Of a stretch of 64,000 nt of DNA, positions 11,442 through 20,462 are shown piece after piece. The DNA comes from Rebecca billardiae RCC1528 (taxonomy: Eukaryota; Protista; Haptophyta): the NCBI GenBank assembly GCA_965240325.2, contig OZ251237.1, forward strand, positions 372,001 to 436,000, given 5' to 3'. Made by a program: the position numbers and the translations under genes. Positions within the stretch are counted from its first letter, which is position 1. Every line of letters begins with the position of its first letter. The notes under the pieces are model-generated. The model had not been told where the DNA came from. It saw nothing but the letters and a program-made list of their open reading frames with translations, and did not search any database.

Positions 11442-12430
11442 ATGGTGCGTGGCCCACGGCGCCGAGCCACGCACGACAGCCGCCCACGCACAACCTCGCG
11501 CGCGCGCGCCCCTTCCCCACCCCACCCCCGCAGCCGCGTAACAGTCAGCAATACTCGTCCCTCGGGAAGGCGCTCGATGCGCTGATGGGCGAGGACCGAA
11601 ACGTCCCGCTTACGGAGCGCGAGACGAAGACGATAGACTTCTCTCGGCCAGATATCGACCGCTTCTACCTGTGCGGGTGCAGCCCTTACACGACGCTCGC
11701 CGGCACCAAGTCGGAGGCGATGCTGCCCGTGCTCGCGCAACCGCTCAAGCAGGATGTCAAACTGAAGGAGGCGTGGGACGCGCTCGAGCAGCGCGAGCGC
11801 GACAAGTACGGCTTCGAGCACGAGCTCTTCGTCTTCCTGCGCGACCTGGTCGAGGAGAACGACCGGCGCATCCAGAGCACCAAGGCGCGGCTCGAGGCGC
11901 AGTGGGATCCCTCTGAGGCCGAGATGCCGCCCGAGACCGCCGCCGTGCTCTCCAACCTGAACGACCAGATCACAGAGCTGCAGGTCAAGGCGGAGGTCGC
12001 GGGCGAGAGCGGCGACATCGACGAGAGCGTGAAGCTGAACGAGTCGGCGGAGGCGCTCATCCGGCGGAAGCAGGAGATCGAGTCGGCTGCCGAGCTGCGC
12101 AAGCAAGACTTCGCCGCCAAGCGGCAGGTGGTGTGCGAGATCTCTGGGCTGATCCACGCCGCCAACGACAACGAGCAGCGGCTTGCCGAGCTGCACTCGG
12201 GCCGGCAGTGGAAAGGGTGGAAGGCCATCCGCGACAAGTACGCGGAGCTCCTAGAGAAGCGGCCGCCGCGCGGCGATCCCAAATACGCGCGCACGGCCAA
12301 CTTCTCGCGCGTTGTCCGCGAGCGCCCCGCTGGGCTCGACCGCGAACGCGAATACCGCGGCCGCGATTACGATCGACACTATCAAGCGATCGATCGTAAC
12401 GATCGAGGCGAGCGGCGCAGTCGGTACTGA
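11442..12430 (+). CDS. LUC7: LUC7-like U1 snRNP-associated splicing factor (ATG-only first exon, intron 11445-11533)
   Basis: LDALMGEDRN, a coiled coil, KAEVAGESGDIDES, VCEISG...DNEQRLAELHSGRQWKGW and an R/D-rich tail. Confidence 0.8.
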
Positions 12431-12858
12431 ACTGCGACTCGGCGCCGCCAGCTGGCGTAACGATCGCGGCGAGCGGCGCAATCGCCAGGCGGCCCAGCTG
12501 GGGGGCTTGGCTGGGCCGCCGGCCCGGCGCCGGGCCCATCGCGGTGCCGGCGGCGCGGGCGCGCGGCGATTGGCTCGCGGCTCGCGGCGCGCTGTCGTAC
12601 TATTGCTGTGACGACTACTCTGCTTGCTGATGACGATGACAATATGATGTCAATCGGCCCCCGCCGCCCGCCTGGGGCTGGGCCCCGGCGGGGCGGCGGG
12701 CCCGTCGGGCCGTGCGGCCAGTGCCGCGGGAGACAGCCCGGCAGTAGAGTCTAGTCATGTCATCGTCACTAATATCGCTGGCCCGTCAGGTCGCGGTACG
12801 TCCGCGTATAAGTGACTATACGATATACTACTGACGATCTGTGAGTGATCAGGGGGAC

Positions 12859-14182
12859 TCAGGCTCCCTGCGACTGGTTGGCGGCGGCGGTGCCAGCCGC
12901 GGCGGTGTCTGCGCCCGCGGGGCCAGGGCAACGCCAGTCCTCATCGCGGCAAGCGCGAGGCAGCTCGTAGTTGAGGCAGACGAAGTCCTGGTAGAACACC
13001 CGGCACACGATGCGCATCAGCTCGGGCTCGGCATCGAGCAGCTGGCTCAACGATGTCTTGGACGGAAAGCCCACTGCGTTGCGCACGAGGCTGGGGCCGC
13101 TGTGCGCGTGCTTGCTGGCCGGGTGCTCGTGCGCCGCACCTTTCGGGAGCGCTGCTGCAAGCAGCGCCGCCTCGTTCCTGACCTTGGGCTTGGCGTTTTC
13201 GTTGAGGTTGCCGGCGTTGGCTGAGCTGTACATCTTGCAGGTTGCAGTGTGGTCGAAGGCGCCCTTTAGCGCACCCTCCGCCCTCAGCGCGCTCACCAGC
13301 GCGTCCACGTCCTCTTCGAGCGACTCCTGACGCAGCATCCTCGTGTACGTCACCGCATCTGTCACGGGTGCGACGCACACGGCAGCCGGCGAGAGATCGG
13401 GCCGAAGCCGCAACTGCTTGGTTGGCCGTGCCTTGGTCGGCCTGTGTGCGAGGAAGCCGCAGACGGAGGCGACGTGCTGCCATGCAAAATATCGGGGCAC
13501 ACACTCGAGCTCTCGTAGGAAGGCGCGGAAGCGCGCGGCGTCGTCCACTGGGCGTGCGAGCGTTGGGATCTGGTTGGGCTCCACGGAAGTGACGAGCTCG
13601 CCGTCGTAGCCCGCGAGCAACCAGCGCGCCCCCGACGCTCGTACGCGCGCCTCTCTCACTTGCACCTCCGACACATTCACGCGGAATCCAGACAGGTACA
13701 CTGTGCGCCGAAAGAGCGCGCGGCGCTGTCTCGAACGAGCACCCGCCGGCGGGAGCGTATCGTGCAGCCTGCGCAGGTCGTCTGCGTCGGGCAGCCGCAC
13801 CGTGCTGCCGTCAGGCGCTTGCATCGGGTGTGTGAGGCGGCCGAGCAGCTCGCTGTACCCGCTGATCACGCGGTCCACAGGCGAGCGAGCCATCCCGACG
13901 AAGCGCGTCGGCTCTCGACGCTGCTCGCTGGGCATTGCGCTCGCTATGCGACGATGGAAAGCACATCGCCAGTAGCCCATCGCGAAGGTCGCGGCCTGGC
14001 GTCGCAGGCCGGAACCTGCAGCGCTCGCGCAGCGCGTGCTGGTGCTGCAGGAGGAGACGAGACGCGTTCTCGGGCGCATCCGCGTTCGGGCAGAAGAGAG
14101 CTCCTGCATGGAGCGCGCATGCCACGAGTATGCCCAGAAGCCGCACCCCGGCCAACGAGGACACCCTTGCCCCGGCGGCCAT
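12859..14182 (-). CDS. Sulfotransferase-family-2-like protein; N-terminal signal anchor lies in a different frame (possible frameshift ~13990)
   Basis: RSPVDRVISGY resembles the 3'-phosphate-binding motif; C-terminal CRVFYQDFVCLNY. ORF 13811..14182 supplies a hydrophobic N-terminus. Confidence 0.5.
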
Positions 14183-14235
14183 CGCTCTGATGCGCCTCCC
14201 CGTCCGGGGGGCACAGCAAGCAGGACGCGATGGTT

Positions 14236-14698
14236 TTATTGTTCTATAACCGTTCGGTTATAGGGGTATAACTGGGCCAGCCCGCCGCCATGATCGGCTG
14301 CTCCTCAATGCTGCTAACCGCTGCTGACCTGCTAGGGCGGCTGACCGGACCGTGCCTGGGCGGGCAGCAAGCTCCGGGCGTCGGGTGCGCGCCCAGCGAA
14401 GCGGTATGATTCCTGGGCGGGCTATATACGGGCAGCCGGACCCGCCTGTACCGAACCGGTAGATTCTACCTCTGAGCGCCGCCGATGCGGGCCGCGGCAG
14501 GCCTGCTCTTCGGCAGCCGAGGCGGGGCGGGGCCTGGGCGGATAGCCCCAGCTGCTCAGCAGCACTTCGGTCCACCGACCGTACCCCGCTCGGTGGCGAC
14601 TCCTCGGCTAAGGGCGGGCGCAACCCTCGTCGGCTGCGAGCGGGCCGTCGGCTTATTCCTCCTCGGGTGCGGGCGGTGGCGTCGCTACTGATTTCGCA
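14236..14698 (+). repeat. Split direct repeat A1
   Basis: 463 bp; matches 19417-19878 with one 1-bp indel seen. Confidence 0.95.
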
Positions 14699-14700
14699 TC

Positions 14701-16506
14701 ATGATCTGCATTTCGGCTGCGCTCTCGCTGGGGCGCCTGGTGGCCCTCCGCGGCGGCCGCACTCGCGAGCGACAGGGCCCGGCCACGGGTCGCGGCGGTG
14801 CTCAAGACGCTCAAGGACCCGTGCCCGCGTCGGCGGCGCCGGCGGCCCCGTCGGTGAGTGCCCCGCTAGCGGCGAGTGCCGCGCTGGTCCCGCCGGCGCA
14901 CCCGGTGGAGGGGATCCCGCTCAGCGCCGGCGTCGCGGCGCAGCTCACCGCGCAGCTGGCGCAGCTGTCGCCGTTGCTGGCCCAGCTCGCCGCGTTGGTC
15001 CCGGCGGGGGCGGCGGGGCTCGCCCCGGCGGCGCCGGCCCTGCTCGCCCCGACGCCTACCGTCCCGGCCGCGCTGCCCCGCCCGCCCACCTCGGTCCCAG
15101 CGGCGGCCGCGGCGGCGATGCCTCCGCCTGCCTCCTCGGATCCGCTGCTCCCCAGCCTCGCACCCACGCTCGGAGCGGCTGCTTCTGCTGCTCCCGGGGT
15201 TTCGGTCGCGCTGGACGCGGCGGGCGCGGCGGCGGCGGCCGCGCCGTCGTCGCTGCTTGCGGGCCTCGCGGCGCACGCGCTCGCCCCCGGCCTTACCGCG
15301 CTACCGGCGGGGACGGCGGCGGCGGCGGCCGACCGCGCGCCGGGGGGCGCTGCTGGCCCTGCCTCTACCGCCGCGCTGCCCGCTCACGCCGCCGGGCTCG
15401 GGTTCTCGGCCCAGTCGGTGGCGGCGCTCATGCAGGCGATGTCGGAGCAGGCGGGGGCGTCGTCGGGGGCCGGCCCGGCGCGCCGGGTGGTCGCGGACCC
15501 GGCGCGTGACGCGCCCCGCGCGCTCGTGGTGCGCGACTCGTCTGGCCAGCTCTGCACGAGCTACAACCTGCGCGATATGGTCCAGGCATTTCCAGGCCTG
15601 GGGGAGCGCTTCGCTCGCGAGTTCTCTCGCGGGGGGCGTCTCCTCGGCGGGGTGCAGCCGAAGGATCAGCCCTTCCAGTCCCTCGAGGCGCTGCTGGGCT
15701 GCCTCACGACGGCGTTTATCCCGGCCGCCTCGCCAGATGACCCCTCCCCAGCCTCTCATTGGTCGCCGGCCATGCGGGCCGAGGCGCTCGAGTTCTCGTC
15801 GTGGCTCGAGCAGCTGCGCGGCCTGATGCCCGCCGAGTCCCTCCTCTCGGTGGTGAACAAATCGTTCGTTGCCGCCGCGGCGGAGGAGCGGCGCTCGGGC
15901 CGCGCGTCATCGATCCTCTTCCTGCGCGACAGCGAGTCGGCCGAGGCGCGCGTGCTCAACGCCGAGCTGACGGCGGCGCAAGCGGTGTCGGCGTCGCTGC
16001 GCGCGGCCAACGCCGCGGTCGCGGCCGCTCCTATGCTGAAGCGGTCGGCGCCGGCGGGCGATCGCGACGCGGGGGCGGCGTCGCAGCGGCCTCGCCTCGC
16101 ACCCGCCGAGCTGGGTGGGGCCGGCGGCGCGGCGCTCGAAGCGGCGGGGGGCGGGGGCGGGGCGCTCCCGCCCGGCGGCGGTGGGGGCTTCGCGCCGCGC
16201 ACCGCGCGGCCTGACCACTACGTCCCGCCGTCGCTGCAGAAGTTTGTGGGCGCGGGGGGCGCACCGCTGCTCACCAAGGCGCAGGCGAACGCGGCGCGCG
16301 CCTGCCAGCGCTTCCAGCTCACTGGCGAGCGCTGCACCTTCGCGTCATGCCCGATCGGCCGCGGCGGCACGGCGTTTGGCCCCGGCGAGTTCGACGAGTT
16401 CCACGCGCCGCGGTGTGCCATTTGCGCGTCGCCCGATCACCTCGCGGGGGCCCACGCGGTGGGGCTGTCCGGCGACGGCTGGCCGGCGGCGGTGGGCCGC
16501 ATCTAG
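14701..16506 (+). CDS. Gag-like ORF1 with C-terminal Cys/His zinc finger
   Basis: Ala/Pro-rich ORF ending CQRFQLTGERCTFASC...FHAPRCAICASPDH, resembling Ngaro-type gag fingers. Confidence 0.75.
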   Translation: MICISAALSLGRLVALRGGRTRERQGPATGRGGAQDAQGPVPASAAPAAPSVSAPLAASAALVPPAHPVEGIPLSAGVAAQLTAQLAQLSPLLAQLAALVPAGAAGLAPAAPALLAPTPTVPAALPRPPTSVPAAAAAAMPPPASSDPLLPSLAPTLGAAASAAPGVSVALDAAGAAAAAAPSSLLAGLAAHALAPGLTALPAGTAAAAADRAPGGAAGPASTAALPAHAAGLGFSAQSVAALMQAMSEQAGASSGAGPARRVVADPARDAPRALVVRDSSGQLCTSYNLRDMVQAFPGLGERFAREFSRGGRLLGGVQPKDQPFQSLEALLGCLTTAFIPAASPDDPSPASHWSPAMRAEALEFSSWLEQLRGLMPAESLLSVVNKSFVAAAAEERRSGRASSILFLRDSESAEARVLNAELTAAQAVSASLRAANAAVAAAPMLKRSAPAGDRDAGAASQRPRLAPAELGGAGGAALEAAGGGGGALPPGGGGGFAPRTARPDHYVPPSLQKFVGAGGAPLLTKAQANAARACQRFQLTGERCTFASCPIGRGGTAFGPGEFDEFHAPRCAICASPDHLAGAHAVGLSGDGWPAAVGRI

Positions 16507-18894
16507 GGGGCGGCGGCGGCGGCGGGTGGCGAGAACGCCGGCGTCGATGCGCTCGACCTGCCGGTGTCGTGGGCTGCCGGTGCGGCCCCTACAGTGACCT
16601 GCCCGCCGATCACAGCCGCCGAGATGTGCCAGCGCTCGCGCATGCTGGCTGGCCTCGCCGCCAGGCTGCCAGTCGCGCCGACCGCGCTCCAACTTCGTTT
16701 CCAGCAAGTGTCTGCGTTCCTGCTGGGCGGCGCGGGCGTCGACCTGTCGCGCAAGCTGCGCGACGGCGTCGACGTGCTCTTCGCCGGCCAGCCGTCTGCC
16801 GCATTCCGTCCCAATCATCCTTCAGCGCGCGCTTTCCCCGAGTTTGTCGACGCTCGCATCGCGGAGTACGTCTCTCTCGGCGTTTTGGCTGGCCCGTTCC
16901 AGCACCGCCCCTTCCCGCGCGCGCGCATGGTCGTGTCCCCGCTGGGCTCGGTGCCCAAAGATGGGGGCACCGACAGGCGCCTCATCGTCGACATGACCGC
17001 CTCGGGCGTGAACCCGCGGGTGCACGCCCCTTCCTTCTCCTTCGAGCGCATCGACCGCATGCTGTCTTCCCTCACGCCTGACTCTTACGTGTTCAAGGTG
17101 GACATCGCGCGCGCGTACACGCGGATGGCCGTACGTCCGGAGGACTACAGCCTGCTCTGCGTGTTCTGGCGCGGGTTCTACTACTTCTTCACATCTCTTC
17201 CCTTCGGTCTCGCATCCTCTCCTTACTGGTTTGTGCGCCTGTCCGACGCCGTTCGCGACGCCTTCGTCGCGCGTTGGTCCGGCCTCCTCTCGTTCAGCCT
17301 CGGTTCGTACATCGACGATTTCTTCGGGTGGGGCGATCGCAAGGCCGATCTCGAGGCGGCGTTCGAGCGGCTGTGCGCCACGCTGACCGCCATGGGCCTC
17401 GACCCGGCCGACAAGCCGGGCAAGCTCGTGGCGCCCGCCAAGCGCGCCGTGGTCCTGGGCTTTGACGTCGACGTCGCCAACGATGCCGTCTCGCTGCCGG
17501 CAGAGAAGCGCGCGCGGTACGCCGCGCTCCTCTCCGAGCTGCGGGCATCGCGGCCCTCCGAGCGTGAGCTGCAGAAGCTCATTGGCTGCCTCGGCTGGGC
17601 GGCTACGATCCAGCCGTCGTGCCGGGCCTTCCTTCGCCCCTTCGTCGATCTCGCGCACACGCCGTCGGCGTTTGCGCAGGGCCGTCTCTCGACCCAGCTC
17701 GGCGCCGCGCTGCCCAGCGAGTGCGCATTCTTCGCCGCGCTCCTCGAGCGGGGTGCCGGCTGGCGGCGGCTGTTCCGCCCGGTGGGCCTGGCGGTGGGCG
17801 CGCCGGTGATTGCTACCGACGCCGCCTGGGAGGCGGCGGGCGGCGGCGCCGCCTGCTCCAACGGCTGGGCGCTGCGCAAGGACTTGGCGTCGCTGCGCGT
17901 GTCGGGCGAGCTGAGGCACATCGCAGACATGGAGCTGTACATGCTCCTCCATGCTGCCATCGAGTGGGCGCCGTACTTGGCGGGCTGCCACGTTCGCCTT
18001 TTCACGGACAGCAAGGTGGCCCTCGGGTGGCTGCGCCGGTGGCGTGTGCCGGGCTCGGCGCTGCTCAATGGCCTCCTGCAGCGCCTCTCGCTGCTGGTGG
18101 CGGAGCACGCGATCACGCTCTGGTGCTGCCATCTACCCGGTGCTCGCAACCGCCTCGCTGACGCCCTCAGCCGGCGCCGGGAGACGTCGGCTGACATGTG
18201 GCTCGAGCTCTGCTCGCTCGCGGCCGAGCCTCGGTTAGCGGGCGAAGCGGCGCTGGCCCTTTGTCGCCGGGCGTTCTCGCCGCTCGGCGCGCAGGCTCGC
18301 CCCCGGCCATCTCCCCCTTCTTCGTTCAGCGATCCGCGCATCGCTTTCCTGCAATCTCATCTTCCATCAGCGATATGCACATCGCTTGCTTGCAATCTCA
18401 TCTTTCAGCGATATGCACATCGCTTGCTTGCAATCTCATCTTTCAGCGATATGCACATCGCTTGCTTGCAATCTCATCTTTCAGCGATATGCACATCGCT
18501 TTCCTTGCAGTCTCACCTTTCAGCGATGTGCACATCGCTTGCTTGCAGTCTCATCTTCGGTCTGCGATGTGCACATCGCTTGCTTGCCATCCCTTATTCT
18601 CTCAGCGGTCGATATGCACATCGCGTGCTGTCGCTTCTTGCGATCTCGTCGCTCAGCGGCAGGCGTCTTTCGTCGCTGCCTTCACCACGGCAGACCGGGC
18701 AGACCTTGCCCCGGCGCCCGTTCCTATCAAAGACCCTGCCAGCGGGCGGGCCTCCGCCCTGCGCTCTCCGCCGGGTGCGATCCGGTCGGTTTCAGCGTGG
18801 GCTTCGGGCGGCCGCTACCCTCCAAGCGCCACTCTGCGCCAGGCGGCCGAGGCCCTTCATGCTGGGCAAACAAGCCGGGAATACCCGGCGGTAA
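16507..18894 (+). CDS. Reverse transcriptase-RNase H (DIRS/Ngaro type); in frame with gag, first ATG at 16624
   Basis: SPLGSVPK..RRLIVDM, KVDIARAY, LPFGLASSP, YIDDFF; RNase H motifs TDAA, ADMELY, FTDS, HLPGARNRLADALSR. Confidence 0.93.
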   Translation, partial: GAAAAAGGENAGVDALDLPVSWAAGAAPTVTCPPITAAEMCQRSRMLAGLAARLPVAPTALQLRFQQVSAFLLGGAGVDLSRKLRDGVDVLFAGQPSAAFRPNHPSARAFPEFVDARIAEYVSLGVLAGPFQHRPFPRARMVVSPLGSVPKDGGTDRRLIVDMTASGVNPRVHAPSFSFERIDRMLSSLTPDSYVFKVDIARAYTRMAVRPEDYSLLCVFWRGFYYFFTSLPFGLASSPYWFVRLSDAVRDAFVARWSGLLSFSLGSYIDDFFGWGDRKADLEAAFERLCATLTAMGLDPADKPGKLVAPAKRAVVLGFDVDVANDAVSLPAEKRARYAALLSELRASRPSERELQKLIGCLGWAATIQPSCRAFLRPFVDLAHTPSAFAQGRLSTQLGAALPSECAFFAALLERGAGWRRLFRPVGLAVGAPVIATDAAWEAAGGGAACSNGWALRKDLASLRVSGELRHIADMELYMLLHAAIEWAPYLAGCHVRLFTDSKVALGWLRRWRVPGSALLNGLLQRLSLLVAEHAITLWCCHLPGARNRLADALSRRRETSADMWLELCSLAAEPRLAGEAALALCRRAFSPLGAQARPRPSPPSSFSDPRIAFLQSHLPSAICTSLACNLIFQRYAHRLLAISSFSDMHIACLQSHLSAICTSLSLQSHLSAMCTSLACSLIFGLRCAHRLLAIPYSLSGRYAHRVLSLLAISSLSGRRLSSLPSPRQTGQTLPRRPFLSKTLPAGGPPPCALRRVRSGRFQRGLRAAATLQAPLCARRPRPFMLGKQAGNTRR
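18325..18625 (+). repeat. Tandem array of ~8 units of 38-41 bp, each with an internal palindrome
   Basis: Unit TTCAGCGATATGCACATCGCTTGCTTGCAATCTCATCT; AGCGAT starts at 18328, 18369, 18407, 18445, 18483 and 18522. Confidence 0.95.
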
Positions 18895-19283
18895 TGGACA
18901 ACCCCATCGTGGCCGCAGCCGCGGGGTGTGTGGCGCTCGCGGCGGCGGCGGTGGGCTCGGGCCCGAACGCGGCGGGGGTCCGAGCGTACGTCGCCTTCTT
19001 TCACTCGGGTGGCGTGGCGCCAGTGTGGCCCCCGTCTCGCGTCTCTTCCCACCCTTCCCCTCTGCGGCGGCGGCCCGGACGGCCTCGAGCCACCGGCCCC
19101 CGGGCCACCGGGCCTCCACCTCTCCGAGGTGTGGCACCCTTCTACGCGACGGTGGCCGGGAGCCGCCGCCCCTCAGCCAGTCCCCTTGCTGATCAACTGC
19201 GACCCTCGTTAGATAGCGCGGGTTGCGGGCAGAGTCGGGGCGACTGGCAAAGAGGGGGGTCGGCAGGCCCATCGCTACCTTAG
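18894..19283 (+). pseudogene. Probable truncated tyrosine recombinase ORF3 (N-terminal remnant only)
   Basis: ATG overlaps the pol stop (TAATG). AGVRAYVAFFHSGGVAPVWPP resembles the start of DIRS recombinase N-terminal domains, then the ORF runs into repeat B1. No RHRY catalytic motifs seen. Confidence 0.5.
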
Positions 19284-19421
19284 CCGCGTAGCCGGAGCGT
19301 CGCGCGGAAGGAGGAATAGCAGTCGGGCGCTCCGCCGCTACTGTCACCCGGCCGCCGCCCCCGCGGCTGCCGCCGGACCGCGGGCCGAGTCCGCCGCGAG
19401 GCGGGCCTGGTCCCAGTTATT
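19146..19421 (+). repeat. Split direct repeat B1
   Basis: 276 bp, apparently identical to 19932-20207. Confidence 0.95.
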
Positions 19422-19878
19422 GTTCTATAACCGTTCGGTTATAGGGGTATAACTGGGCCAGCCCGCGCCATGATCGGCTGCTCCTCAATGCTGCTAACCG
19501 CTGCTGACCTGCTAGGGCGGCTGACCGGACCGTGCCTGGGCGGGCAGCAAGCTCCGGGCGTCGGGTGCGCGCCCAGCGAAGCGGTATGATTCCTGGGCGG
19601 GCTATATACGGGCAGCCGGACCCGCCTGTACCGAACCGGTAGATTCTACCTCTGAGCGCCGCCGATGCGGGCCGCGGCAGGCCTGCTCTTCGGCAGCCGA
19701 GGCGGGGCGGGGCCTGGGCGGATAGCCCCAGCTGCTCAGCAGCACTTCGGTCCACCGACCGTACCCCGCTCGGTGGCGACTCCTCGGCTAAGGGCGGGCG
19801 CAACCCTCGTCGGCTGCGAGCGGGCCGTCGGCTTATTCCTCCTCGGGTGCGGGCGGTGGCGTCGCTACTGATTTCGCA
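19417..19878 (+). repeat. Split direct repeat A2
   Basis: Copy of 14236-14698. Confidence 0.95.
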
Positions 19879-19931
19879 CCCTGCCCTCCCACCCGGCTCG
19901 ACTGTGGTGGGCATGGCTTGTTCCGGTTGTG

Positions 19932-20207
19932 GCGACGGTGGCCGGGAGCCGCCGCCCCTCAGCCAGTCCCCTTGCTGATCAACTGCGACCCTCGTTAGAT
20001 AGCGCGGGTTGCGGGCAGAGTCGGGGCGACTGGCAAAGAGGGGGGTCGGCAGGCCCATCGCTACCTTAGCCGCGTAGCCGGAGCGTCGCGCGGAAGGAGG
20101 AATAGCAGTCGGGCGCTCCGCCGCTACTGTCACCCGGCCGCCGCCCCCGCGGCTGCCGCCGGACCGCGGGCCGAGTCCGCCGCGAGGCGGGCCTGGTCCC
20201 AGTTATT
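19932..20207 (+). repeat. Split direct repeat B2
   Basis: Copy of 19146-19421, separated from A2 by a 53-bp unique spacer. Confidence 0.95.
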
Positions 20208-20462
20208 TGTTTTTTCCGAGGCGGAGACGAATCTCGCGCGTGATGATGAATTATCTCCGTCACGAACCGCGAACGCCGCCTGCCGCGCCTGCGCGATCAC
20301 AGCTAGCATGGCCGTGACGAACGTCGAACGAACAGCGACCAGAAGGCTGAAGGGCCCGCAACGCATCACAGCATAGCCGTCGCACCCGCTCACCGACGCT
20401 GCACCGTTCCGAATTCCGACCCCGGCATCTCTTGACTCGTCAAATTACTCAATTAATTGTCA

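Larger units (their letters stand above)
14236..20207 (+). mobile_element. Tyrosine-recombinase-order (DIRS order, Ngaro-like) retrotransposon with split direct repeats A1-gag-pol-B1-A2-B2; recombinase apparently deleted
   Basis: A1 14236-14698 matches A2 19417-19878; B1 19146-19421 matches B2 19932-20207. TTATT is shared at both ends and at the B1/A2 junction. RT, RNase H and zinc-finger gag present; no integrase or protease. Confidence 0.92.

Noticed and set aside
18325-18625. CRISPR-like array of palindromic repeats
   Set aside because: Units are contiguous with no unique spacers, there are no cas genes, and the array lies within a eukaryotic retrotransposon.
19146-19878. Self-cleaving ribozyme in the terminal repeats
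   Set aside because: Stems are visible but I found no CUGANGA/GAAA hammerhead core or clear HDV fold; a covariance-model search would be needed.
14236-20207. Conventional LTR retrotransposon
   Set aside because: Repeats are split (A..B-A-B), lack TG..CA ends, and no protease or DDE integrase is present.
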